The notes under the pieces: model-generated | What the model was told of the DNA's origin: nothing | Databases searched by the model: none | The model's input: only the letters and a program-made list of their open reading frames with translations | Part shown: positions 49,985 to 62,831 of the stretch, in pieces | Numbering within the stretch: position 1 is the first letter of the stretch | Layout: each line of letters begins with the position of its first letter | Translations under genes and position numbers: made by a program | Source of the DNA: Octopus sinensis | Taxonomy: Eukaryota | Reading direction: 5' to 3' | Length of the DNA stretch: 64,000 nucleotides | Assembly (NCBI RefSeq): GCF_006345805.1 | Contig: NC_043025.1 | Span: 14,384,001-14,448,000 of the forward strand

Positions 49985-52205
49985 CCTCTCTCTCTCTGTG
50001 TTTCTCTACTACACAGTCTCCCCCCACACCTATTTCTTAAAACGCTTTCTCTTACCAACACTCTATTAGCGCCTCCTCCTCCTCTCTCTTCACATCAGGG
50101 AATCTCCCTTTCTCTCTCTCCCTCTTACTCTGTCTCTTCTCCATCCTCCCCTCCAATTTGTTACAATCTATTAGCCTCTCCCTCCTCCTCCTCCCTCTTT
50201 CTCTAACCATAGTTTTCCCCCCCTATACTTTTCTCTCTTTCTCTTTCTCATACTTTATAGCTTCTCCTCCTCACTTTGCCTCTCTCCCTCCCCCTCTCTC
50301 TGTTACTAATAGCCTCTCCCTCTCCTTTTTCCATCCAGGAATCTCTCCCTCCCCCTCTCTCTCTGTTACCAACACTATTAGCCTCTTCCCTCCCTTTTTC
50401 CATCCAGGAATCTCTCCCTCCCCCTCTCTCTGTTTCTCTTCCATATACTCTCCCCCCATATCTTTCTCTCTCCTCTTCCTCATACCCTCAAAGTTACCAA
50501 CAATCCCCTTTCACTCCCCCTCACACTATTTCTATTACTCTCTTCCTTTCCTAACACACACACACACACACTATCAGTTTTCCTGTCTCCAACAGGTTAA
50601 CTATCACTCTCTCTCCCCGCTCTCCTCTCTCTCTCTCTCTCACTCTCGAATCTCTCTCTCTAGTCAATAGGGAACGTAACACACTATTACTCTCTCTCTC
50701 TCTCTCTCACACTCCTCCTTCTCTCTCAATCAGGATAACTATCACTCTCTCTCTCTCTCTCTCTCTCTACCAACCCCTCCCTACATCAAAAATAACCCAC
50801 TACTCTCTCACTGTCCATCACTCCTACCACTCTCTTCCAACACCTTATAACCCTCTCACACACACCTTTCCCTTTCCCTCTCTCCCTCATCCTTTCACCA
50901 TATAAAAATCCTTCCCCCTCTCACTCTACACCATCACCCTCCCCATTCCTCCCTCAAGTTTTTCTCAATGAAACATTCTCTTCATTTACCGTTTTCTATC
51001 AATCGTTCCTCCTTCTCCTCCCCCTCCTCTGTATCTCCCACTCTCTCCGTCACATCCCCTTACTGTTTTTAGTTCCATCACTCTTCCTCCTACCCCTCTC
51101 TCTCTGTGTTTCTCTACTACACAGTCTCCCCCCCACACCTATTTCTTAAAACGCTTTCTCTTACCAACACTCTATTAGCGCCTCCTCCTCCTCTCTCTTC
51201 ACATCAGGGAATCTCCCTTTCTCTCTCTCCCTCTTACTCTGTCTCTTCTCCATCCTCCCCTTCAATTTGTTACAATCTATTAGCCTCTCCCTCCTCCTCC
51301 TCCCTCTTTCTCTAACCATAGTTTTCCCCCCCTATACTTTTCTCTCTTTCTCTTTCTCATACTTTATAGCTTCTCCTCCTCACTTTGCCTCTCTCCCTCC
51401 CCCTCTCTCTGTTACTAATAGCCTCTCCCTCTCCTTTTTCCATCCAGGAATCTCTCCCTCCCCCTCTCTCTCTGTTACCAACACTATTAGCCTCTCCCTC
51501 TCCTTTTTCCATCCAGGAATCTCTCCCTCCCCCTCTCTCTGTTTCTCTTCCATATACTCTCCCCCCATATCTTTCTCTCTCCTCTTCCTCATACCCTCAA
51601 AGTTACCAACAATCCCCTTTCACTCCCCCTCACACTATTTCTATTACTCTCTTCCTTTCCTAACACACACACACACACACTATCAGTTTTCCTGTCTCCA
51701 ACAGGTTAACTATCACTCTCTCTCCCCGCTCTCCTCTCTCTCTCTCTCTCACTCTCGAATCTCTCTCTCTAGTCAATAGGGAACGTAACACACTATTACT
51801 CTCTCTCTCTCTCTCTCTCTCACACTCCTCCTTCTCTCTCAATCAGGATAACTATCACTCTCTCTCTCTACCAACTCCTCCCTACATCAAAAATAACCCA
51901 CTACTCTCTCACTGTCCATCACTCCTACCACTCTCTTCCAACACCTTATAACCCTCTCACACACACCTTTCCCTTTCCCTCTCTCCCTCATCCTTTCACC
52001 ATATAAAAATCCTTCCCCCTCTCACTCTACACCATCACCCTCCCCATTCCTCCCTCAAGTTTTTCTCAATGAAACATTCTCTTCATTTACCGTTTTCTAT
52101 CAATCGTTCCTCCTTCTCCTCCCCCTCCTCTGTATCTCCCACTCTCTCCGTCACATCCCCTTACTGTTTTTAGTTCCATCACTCTTCCTCCTACCCCTCT
52201 CTCTG
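49985..52205. repeat. Tandem duplication of a ~1.1-kb pyrimidine-rich unit
   Basis: ORFs at 50158/51267 and 50276/51385 are offset by 1109 bp and are nearly identical. Confidence 0.95.
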
Positions 52206-52766
52206 TGTTTTCTACCTTTCTATTCATTACTCTGCCTCTGTCACTCTGCCTTCCTGCCTCTCCTTATTACAGAACTCCACCCTGTCTGTTCGGATCGGTT
52301 CGGTTCGTATTCCCCCATCGACACCATTATCCAAGAACTCTCATCACTACCACCACGAAAAATGCATGTCCTCTGCTCAGACGCACGTATAAATTATGAT
52401 GAACATTAATTCACATCATTTATTTCCCTACATACGTTTCGACGTTGTGGCTGTTTGGAACCTCTGCATCGGAGGTTGCGAGTGGACGTTCGGTTGGACG
52501 CTGAACCATAAAAGATCGTCAGGGGAGCTCTTCACTGTATTATGTTACAATGATCAAATGTCTCAAGTCGGACAGGACAGATGGCAAGATTTGCTATAAC
52601 TATGTTAAGAGGGAAATAGACAGAAAGCAGTTGGCGCAGAGAAATGGAGAGATGAAAGGAGGAAAAAAGAGAAGACAGGATTGTAATTAAAGAGAAAAAG
52701 AAAGGAAGGTTTGATGGACAGTAGCGAAAGGATGACAAAAATATATGAAATATATAAATAAATATC

Positions 52767-53070
52767 ATCATCATCGTTTAACGTCCATTTTCCGCACTAG
52801 CATGGGTTGGACGGTTTGACCGGGGTCTGGGGAGCCAGGGGCTGCTCCAGGCTCCAGTCTGATCTGGCAGTGTTTCTACAGCTGGATGCCCTTCCTAACG
52901 CTAACCACTCCGCGAGTGTAGTGGGTGTTTTTTACATGCCACCTGCACAGGTGCCAGAGGGGTCTGGCATCGGCCACGATCGGTTGGTGCTTTTTATGTG
53001 CCACCGGCACGGAAGCCAGTCGAGACGGTGTTGGCATCGGCCACGTTCGGATGGTGCTTTTTATGTGTCA
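52767..53070 (-). mobile_element. Family D retroposon copy
   Basis: (CAT)n-CGTTTAACGTCC...GGTGCTTTTTATGTG. Confidence 0.8.
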
Positions 53071-53119
53071 AATATATCTCCTACAATTGCTTTGTATATT
53101 ATAGCCAAAATAATAATAA

Positions 53120-53815
53120 CAACACTCAAAGAGCGCAAACCTCCGCCAAGGCAACACCAATGTCCTCTCAACGATTGGCCAGAGATGATTTTTTAAATGA
53201 GAATATCTGAAATAAGCTCGACTGCTTTCACAAACAAGAATACTAAAAATGAACCCAACCGTTTATCAAGAATTAAGTAAAAAAACAGGATAAATAATCC
53301 AGAATCCTTGTCTAGTGTCAGATCAATCCCCAAATTTAATCAGTTTGTGCTAGTCATGAGGTCGAATATCCCTGGAAGTTTCATTCGAATCCATCTGGCA
53401 GTTCTTGAGAAATCTTGTCCATGGACAAACAATACCTCTGCCTTCGTTAAGGCGGAGCTCATAATAATAATAATGAAATTGTCATATACAAAGATCTCAG
53501 AATTGAAGCATTCAGGATGTGAGGCATGAAGGTTAAAATAATACCAGTAATAATTGGAGCATTAGTCATGATAAAATAACATGAACAAAAATATAGAAAT
53601 TATATAGAAAAAAAAACAGGAAAAATAAACCAGAATCCTTGTCTGGTACCGGATCAATCTCAAAATCTAATCAGTTCGTGCCAGTCACGGGGCCAAAAAT
53701 ATCTGAAAGTTTCATCCAAATCCATCCAGTGGTTCTTGAGATATCTTGTCCATGCACAAACAAACAAACACGACTGAAAACAATACCTCCGTCTTCGCTA
53801 AGGTGGGGGTAATAA
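53120..53815 (+). mobile_element. Helitron/Helentron-like non-autonomous element with duplicated 3' part
   Basis: 5' CCTCCGCCAAGGC and 3' GC-rich hairpin ACCTC(T/C)G(C/T)CTTCG(T/C)TAAGG(C/T)GG present twice; an internal ~190-bp block is repeated at 53281 and 53611. Confidence 0.5.
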
Positions 53816-54668
53816 TCTCTTTTACTATAGGTACAAGGTTGGAATTTTGAGGTAAGTGACCAGTCAATTAGATTGATTCAGTGCTCAACGGGTACTCATT
53901 TTATCGACCCGAAAGCGATGAAAGGCAAAGGTGACCTTGGCGGAATTTGAACTCAGAACATAAAGACAGATGAAATGTCACTAAGTGTTTTGCTCAGCGT
54001 GCTAATGATTCTTATTTCTTTATTGCCCTCAAGGGGCTCAAAATAGAGGGGACAAACAAGGACAGACGGATTAAGTCGATTATATCGACACAAGTGCGTA
54101 ACTGGTACTTAATTTATCGACCCTGAAAGGATGAAAGTCAAAGTCGACCTCGGCGGAATTTGAACTCAGAACGTAACGGCAGACGAAATGGCGTTGAGCA
54201 TTTTGTCCTGTGTGCTAACGACCCTGCCAGTTCGCTGGTAACGAGACCACTACACTGGAAGTAGACTGACTTTGCCTTTCATCCTTTCAGCGGAGTTGAT
54301 GAAAAAAAAAGTGCTAATCAAGTGCTGGGGCTGATGTAGTTGACTTACACCCCCTTTCCCCTAACATGCTGGCCTTGTGCCAAAATGTGAAACCATTGTT
54401 GTTGTTGTAGTGGTGGTGATGGTGATGGTGTTTTAATTAGCAGAGCTGATAGAGTTTCTCAAGAGCCTTGAGTTTCATGCATGGCACTAGCACGAAGGTC
54501 ATGGCCCTTGAGGAGTCACTCTGGGACACCTGCCGATTAAAACTTACAAAGACAAAAAAAAAAATTATATTATATTTTTTTGTACAAGCACACATGTAAT
54601 ACTCCGTTAAGATAATCGGATAATTGAAACTAATTAAATATAATTTTTAATTAATTAATTAATGATTA

Positions 54669-55069
54669 GGCGCAGGAGTGGCTGTGTGGTAAGTAGCTTG
54701 TCTACCAACCACATGGTTCTGGGTTCAGTCCCACTGCGTGGCATCTTGGGCAAGTGTCTTCTGCTATAGCCCCGGGCCGACAAAAGCCTTGTGAGTGGAT
54801 TTGGTAGACGGAAACTGAAAGAAGCCCGTCGTATATATGTAAATATATATATATATATGTATGTGTGTGTTTGTTCCCCCAACATTGCTTGACAACCGAT
54901 GCTGGTGTGTTTACGTCCCCGTCACTTAGCGGTTTGGCAAAAGAGACCGATAGAATAAGTACTGGGCTTACAAAAGAATAAGTCCCGGGGGTCGATTTGC
55001 TCGATTAAAGGCGGTGTTCCAGCATGGCCGCAGTCAAATGACTGAAACAAGTAAAAGAGTCAAAGAGTA
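54669..55069 (+). mobile_element. Family A SINE
   Basis: Full-length copy. Confidence 0.85.
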
Positions 55070-55468
55070 ATTAATTAATGATAGAACTGACAGCCAGCAC
55101 ACACACACACAGACACATGAGACCAAATCACGTTTTAAGAAAACACCTGAACATCAATAACACCCACACATGCAAATCCATATTATATAGCATATTTATT
55201 CATCGTATTTCTATCATTCGTTCATTCATTACCTCCGCTCAGCCGTCGCCACGGCTGTTGCATCTGCCATCGCCTCTGCCGTTTCTTGTAAGTATGTCCT
55301 TGTAACAGCACCATTCTCCCCACCACCACTGCTAAACGTCACCTTCATGTCAAATGAAAGAAACATGTTATTCCTTCCAGCCCCCCCCCCACTCCTTATA
55401 TATTTGGAACGCTTCACCTCAATTTCACACACACACATACACACACACATTTATTATTCTTAAACAAG

Positions 55469-55633
55469 GTGTAGGAGTGGCTGTGTGGTTAGTAGCTTTC
55501 TTACCAACCACATGGTTCCGGGTTCAGTCCCACTGCGTGGCACCTTGGGCAAGTGTCTTCTACTATAACCTCGGGCTGACCAAAGCCTTGTGAGTGGATT
55601 TGGTAAATGGAAACTGAAAGAAGCCCGTCGTAT

Positions 55634-55698
<65 letters not shown>

Positions 55699-56041
55699 AT
55701 ATATTTGTGTGTCTATTTGTCCTCCCAACATCGCTTGACAACTGATGCTGATGTGTTTACGTTCCCGTAACTTAGTGGTTTGGCAAAAGAGACCGATAGA
55801 ATAAGTACTAGGCTTACAAAGAATAAGTCTTGTGTGTTTGTGTGTCTGTGTTTGTCCCCCCACCATCGCTTGACAACCGATGCTGGTGTGTTTACATCCC
55901 CATAACTTAGCGGTTCGGCAAAAGAGACCTATAGATTAAGTACTGGGCTTACAAAGAATAAGTCTTGGGGTCGATTTGCTCGACTAAAGGCGGTGCTCCA
56001 GCATGGCCACAGCCAAATGACTGAAACAAGTAAAAGAGTAA
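55469..56041 (+). mobile_element. Family A SINE with duplicated 3' half
   Basis: The TGTGTCTGTGTTTGTCCCC...AAGAATAAGTCTTG block occurs twice. Confidence 0.8.
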
Positions 56042-56382
56042 GTCTGACGAAGGATTAACTGGTCGAGACTTCGAAGTCACTGTCAACAGCACTCTTGTTT
56101 AAGAAGAATAGATTTTTGTACTCCATTTGTATAGAGTAAGCCAGCAATTTAATCCTAAGTTCCTTTTATTACAACTGAACATAAACACACACACACACAT
56201 TATCGATAATGACCGAAATTACGCTTGACCCTCTGGCCGATAACTGAAGCAGTTGGTGACCTTCTGTGTTTTCTGTTCGTCTGTGTATTTAGTATATGTT
56301 CGTATGTTTATTTACTACACGTTTTTTAAAATACACACACACATGTCATATTACCGTTTGTTGTATTTTTATTTAATCCTGA

Positions 56383-56413
<31 letters not shown>

Positions 56414-57169
56414 ATCCAAACAAGAAAGCACAAAAAAAAGGTAAGTGTCACGTACACTTCGGATATTAGAGACAGGCTGATGCAAAAGTAGGTATACAGT
56501 CACAAAAAAAAAAAAAGAAAGTTACGTTCAAAGTATTATTAATATAGTTATGATAAATGTATTTTTATGATTAATGACACTGAAAATATCAGAAATGAGG
56601 CTAATTAATTTAATGTGCTAATAATTTTAACGAATTAAGTATTATATACATATAAAGTTAATCCAAACAAGAAAGCACAGAAAAACACAACAACGCGAGG
56701 ACGTGGAACAAGTATAGTATTATTGGACGCTCAGGAAAGAAGGAGGGTTTAACGTTTCGAGCGGACCTCTTCGTCGGAAACATAGGAGAAGGAAAGATCC
56801 AGAGAAGGGAAGACAGAGGGAAAAAAATCGCCAACAGTACACACGAGGTCACCTTTTGGACACTCATCCAGCAGAAACACATTGAGATTTTTTTTATGAG
56901 AATAATGCTGTAATAAATTAATTTTTAAGATGTATAATTGTCCATTCCTCTTTATAATATATATATATATATAGATATATTTATTTATCTATTATGGAGA
57001 TGTACTTGCATAGCAAGTGACCTGATCTGTTTGTTAATGATCAGTTTGTTTGTTAATGCAGAAAATGCCAGCTTCCAAATCCTGTTTTCTGATTTTTTTT
57101 TTCTCTAGTTTCAGCTCAGAGCTGCGGCCATGCTGATGCACCGCCGTTTTGCTACACTGTTATTACTAA

Positions 57170-57400
57170 GAGCCTTCTCTAATATGTGGCACTTGGTGAA
57201 GAATGGAGTTTGATACAGCTACTCTCATTTGCACCTCTTGCCGCGAGGTAGGTTCACCTTGGACTCTCGACAGAAAGAGGTCCAGCTTTGATTTAAAAAC
57301 CGCTACATCTACTTTGTGCAAGTTCCTCAGACTCTTTGGGAGAATATTAAAAAGCTGTGGGGCCCTTGAAACACAGGCTGTTGCAGTAACTGGTCCTGAA
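57170..57400 (-). mobile_element. CR1/L2-like LINE 3' fragment
   Basis: APQLFNILPKSLRNLHKVDVAVFKSKLDLFLSRVQGEP. A related plus-strand fragment lies at 60800-61030. Confidence 0.7.
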
Positions 57401-57787
57401 GCAATCATTATGATGATTGGCCAGGGTGGTGAGCTGGCAGAATCGTTAGCATTTCGTTCTGAGTTCAAATTCAGCCGAGGTCGGCTTTGTCTTTCATCCT
57501 TTCTGGGGGTCAATAAAACATAGCACCAAGGATTCTGCCAAAGATTTGAAACAATTATTATCATCATTGCTGCTTCTGTTTATATCATCATCATCATCAT
57601 TGCCGTCTCCATCACGGTATGAAGTCCAGCATCAGTGACATTTACAATACAAACATACAGATAAGCGCATGTTGTCTGGCTGGCCAAACGAAAACACTTT
57701 TATCATTATTATCATTATTATCATTATTACTATTATTATTATTATTATTATTATTATTACTACAACAATGAGCAGGTCAGCACAAGT

Positions 57788-57801
57788 GTTGCTATGGTAA
57801 C
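57788..57801. promoter_or_regulatory. RFX X-box-like motif
   Basis: GTTGCTATGGTAAC fits the GTYNCYATGGYAAC consensus and lies in non-repetitive sequence. Confidence 0.35.
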
Positions 57802-58142
57802 AAGAACTGTTGACTTAAATATATTCTGGACTGCTGTTCTATGTAGTTGACAGACATTACCCCCCTCCTACTAACCCCGACCCCACCCCACCCCGAGGCA
57901 CCACAACCGCCTCAACCACCTTCACCAACCGCCATCACAACAGTCACCAGCACCAGCACCAACACCACAACCATAACCACCACAATCACGACCAGCAAGC
58001 ACCTCAACCACAACTCTCACCACAGCCACCACCACCACCACAACCTTGACTACACTTAACATCGCTTGTAACCCCGCTTCTCAAATTGCTTCCATCCTTC
58101 TTATCTCGGGGGGGGGGGGGCAAAGAGGGGAGGTTCCCACCA

Positions 58143-58177
<35 letters not shown>

Positions 58178-58359
58178 GTGTGTGTGTGTGTATGTAAGAT
58201 GATAAGACGGGGGGGGGGGGCAAAGCGAAACTTGGAGAGAGAGAGAGAGAGAGAGAAAGAAAGAGATAGATTTAAAACGAAAGTAGCTTGACAACGTTGG
58301 TATTCACAAAATACACACGACCAACACTATATATACATACATATATATATATATTATAT

Positions 58360-58423
<64 letters not shown>

Positions 58424-58427
58424 TATA

Positions 58428-58469
<42 letters not shown>

Positions 58470-58478
<9 letters not shown>

Positions 58479-59539
58479 GTGTGTATATATATATACACAC
58501 ACACACGCATGCTATATGTACACACACAGGAAAACACGCACACATAGTCGCACACAACATCAACATGCATATACACTCATTTTTGTGTATAAAACAAACA
58601 CCTAAACTCTCCTCCCTCCCTCCCTTCCTCTTTCTCCCTCTCTCACACACACACACACATGCATGCATGCACATCAGCCCTGAAGCCGAGGGGTGGAGTG
58701 GGATGAAGGTCTCGACACATTCGAACACACACCTCCCTCCATCCCCCCAACCCCGCTGCTCCATGCAAATACAACAGATGTGAATATTTTGAAATTGTGC
58801 TTTTCTTTTCCATAATTTAAGCAGAAGCCGCAGGAGTGGCTGTGTGGTAATTAGCTTGTTTACCAACCACATGGTTCCGGTTCAGTCCCACTGTGTGGCA
58901 TCTTGGCAAGTGTCTTCTACTATAGCCTCGGGCCGACCAAAGCCTTGTGAGTGGATTTGGTAGGCGGAAACTGAAAGAAGCCCATCATATATATATATAT
59001 GTTATATATATATGTATATATATATGTGTGTATATATATATACACACACACACGCATGCTATATGTACACACACAGGAAAACACGCACACATAGTCGCAC
59101 ACAACATCAACATGCATATACACTCATTTTTGTGTATAAAACAAACACCTAAACTCTCCTTCCCTCCCTCCCTTCCTCTTTCTCCCTCTCTCACACACAC
59201 ACACACACATGCATGCATGCACATCAGCCCTGAAGCCGAGGGGTGGAGTGGGATGAAGGTCTCGACACATTCGAACACACACCTCCCTCCATCCCCCCAA
59301 CCCCGCTGCTCCATGCAAATACAACAGATGTGAAATATTTTGAAATTGTGCTTTTCTTTTCCATAATTTAAGCAGAAGCCGCAGGAGTGGCTGTGTGGTA
59401 ATTAGCTTGTTTACCAACCACATGGTTCCGGGTTCAGTCCCACTGTGTGGCATCTTGGGCAAGTGTCTTCTACTATAGCCTCGGGCCGACCAAAGCCTTG
59501 TGAGTGGATTTGGTAGGCGGAAACTGAAAGAAGCCCATC

Positions 59540-59545
<6 letters not shown>
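58470..59545. repeat. Tandem duplication of a ~550-bp unit including a family A SINE head
   Basis: The block CACGCATGCTATATGTACACACACAGG...AAGAAGCCCATCATAT is present twice. Confidence 0.95.
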
Positions 59546-59570
<25 letters not shown>

Positions 59571-60799
59571 TTATATCCCGTGCCGGTGGCACATAAAAAG
59601 CACCCACAACACTCTCGGAGTGGTTGGCATCCGGCTGTAGAAACTCTGCCAGATCAAGATTGGAGCCTGGTGCAGTCATATGGTTCGCCAGCCCTCAGTC
59701 AAAATCGTCCAACCCATGCTAGCATGGAAAGCGGACGTTAAATGATGATGATGATGATATATGTATGTATGTATGTGTGTGTGTGTGTGTGTATCTGTGT
59801 TTGTCCCCCGAACATCGCTTGACAACCGATGCTGGTGTGTTTACGTCCCTGTAACTTAGCAGTTCGGCAAAAGAGACCGATAGAATAAGTACTAGGTTTA
59901 CAAAGAATAAGTCCTGGGGTCGATTTGATTCGACTAAAGGCGGTGCTCCAGCATGGCCACAGTCAAATGACTGAAACAAGTAAAAGAGTAAGCAATTAAT
60001 AATGATAAATCCATTTTAACTCTAATAGCAATAATAATTCTTTCTGCCATTGGTACAAGACCCCAAATTTGGGGAGACAGACATAGTCGACTGCATTGAC
60101 CCCAGGGCTCAGCTAGTATTTATTTTATTGACTCCGAAAGAATGTAAAAGGTGAAGTCGTCCTCGGCGAAATTTGAACTAGATTGATTTGTTCAACTAAA
60201 ACCCTTCAAGTCGGTGCCCCAGCATGGCCATAGTCAAAGGATTGAAATGAGTGAATGATAAAAGATATCAGGTGAAAGTATACAAAAATAAGCATTTTCC
60301 ATCTTACTGTTTTAATTTCATTTAAAACCTTCCACGTCAATAAACCACTATTTTCCCTGAAAGTTGTTTGTTTTTTTTACCTTCTATGGACTGCTTGAAA
60401 CTTACTGACTTCCTACACTTGATCCTTGGATCTTACATTTATATATGTGCTGCTACTGTTTATATCTCACTCAGAGATTTATAATTGCGTGTGTATATAT
60501 ATATATATATATGTATGCATATAGATAGTTATATATACACACACACATACATACACATATATATATACACACACACACACATACACATATATGTATACAT
60601 ACATATACACACAGATATATACATATACACACACACATATACATACATATACACACATATATATACACACATACATATATCTGTATACATACATATACAC
60701 AGATATATACATATACACACACACATACATATACACACACATATATATATACATATACACACATACATATATCTGTATATATATATTAGAAGTTGGCAC

Positions 60800-61030
60800 A
60801 TACATGGGTATCTAGTAAGATCCTGGAAGGACTTGTACCAAACTTTGGCACTGAAAGTTACATAAACAGCAGAATGGGGTTCCGCTGCATAGTGCCAAAG
60901 ATCCCAACATCGCCATCAAAATACAGGATCAGATGCTGCAACAGCTTCGGTTTGAAGGGCCCGTGAGTCTTCAATATCCTAGTAAAATGTCCAAGAGACC
61001 TGGATCTCATTATTTCCAGGATTCCTGAAG
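60800..61030 (+). mobile_element. CR1/L2-like LINE 3' fragment
   Basis: KILEGLVPNFG.ESYINSRMGFRCIVPKIP...NSFGLKGP*VFNIL, decayed. Confidence 0.65.
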
Positions 61031-61779
61031 GGGTCGACTTGGCTTTTTATCCTTTCGAGGTACCAAAATAGGTATAGAACACAGGTGAGGGCACCAGTAT
61101 CAAACTCCCTCATTCACCAAATGCTACTAACCAGGGGAGGTTTCAAATCATGATGGTGTAGCAAAGCCAACGGCAGTGCACCAGCATGGCCACAGCTTTC
61201 GAGCTGAAACTGATTAAAGAGTTAAAGGGAATATAAGTGTGTGTGTGTGTGTGTGTGTGTACATATGTCCGACCAAAGCCTTGTGAGTGGATTTAGTAAA
61301 TGGAAACTAAAAGAAGCCCATCATATAAACATATGTGTGTGTGTGTGTTTGTCCACTCCCACCATCGCTTGACTACCGATGTTGGTGTGTTTACATCCCC
61401 GTAAACGAGTGGTTCGACAAGAGATTCCGATAGAATAAGTTCAGGGGTCGATTTCTGCAACTAAAAGCGGTGCTCCAGCTTGGTCACAGTCAAATGACTG
61501 AAACAAATAAAAGAATGTGTGTGTGTGTGATCCTTTCTGAATTTGTTTGGTGTCAAGGTGTTAGTCGGTTGCCTCGCCCTACTAGTGCTCAACTTGGTAC
61601 CTATTTTGGCACCTGGAAAGGATAAAAAGCTAAGTCGACCTCGGCCCAATTTGAACTCAGAATGTAAAGACAGACGAAATGCCGCTGTGTATGAACAAAA
61701 TCTATTGGAAATAGATGTCTCGTTTACACGTACAAACCTGTTAACCAATATAGATAGACATATTTATACATATATGTAT

Positions 61780-62340
61780 TATATAGATATTTATATATAT
61801 ACACACACACACACACATATATATATATACATACACATATATATACAGATATATCCATATATATATGCACATATATACATACATATACAAACATATATAC
61901 ATATACACACATATATACACATACACATATATATACATATATATATGCGCATATATACATACATATACACACATATATACACATATATATACAGATATAT
62001 ACATATATATAACCACATATATACATACATATACACACATATATACATACATATACACACATATATATATACATACATATACACACATATATATATATAC
62101 ATATATATACACACATATATATATACATATATATACACACATATATACATACATATACACACATATATACATATAGACACATATATACATACAGATATAT
62201 ACATACATATATATATACACACACATATACCTACACACACACATATATAGATATACATATATATACATACATATATGTATATACACACACACACATATAT
62301 ACATACACAGACACACACACACACACACATATATACACAC
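61780..62340. repeat. Compound (TA)n/(CA)n microsatellite
   Basis: Representative of many such tracts (e.g. 6990-7670, 15750-16150, 31260-31740, 60490-60790, 63250-63730). Confidence 0.9.
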
Positions 62341-62797
62341 GCTCGCGCACACCTCCTCGTTCTGTCTGTCCGTCTACCATTTTCCTTGACATAAACAACC
62401 ACTGACAAAGGACGATGAGGAAATGGTAATTGTGATACGGAGACGGCGGCGGTGGTGAATGATGGCGATGGTGAAGGGTGGCGGTGAAGGAATTGTGTGG
62501 CAAGTGACAATGAGAATATATTGACGATGACGGTGGATGCTGGTGATGATGATGCTGACGGCGACGGAGTAGGGATTGAGGAATAATGGCGCCGGTGATT
62601 AAAGACTAATGACGACGATGATGATGGTGAGTGATGGTGGTGGAGGGAGAGAAAGATAAGACAGACAGACGAGGAATTAACGGCGATGGTGTGATGATGA
62701 TGATGACTACGGCGATGGTGGGGGGGAGTGATGAAGACGGAGAGGTCGAGATGGTAATAACAATAACAAACGATGACGATGATGACGTCGATGGTAA

Positions 62798-62831
<34 letters not shown>

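Noticed and set aside
50158-51779. Duplicated 170-aa Ser/Leu/Pro/Phe-rich ORFs
   Set aside because: They result from the C/T-only composition, which lacks stop codons; no coding evidence.
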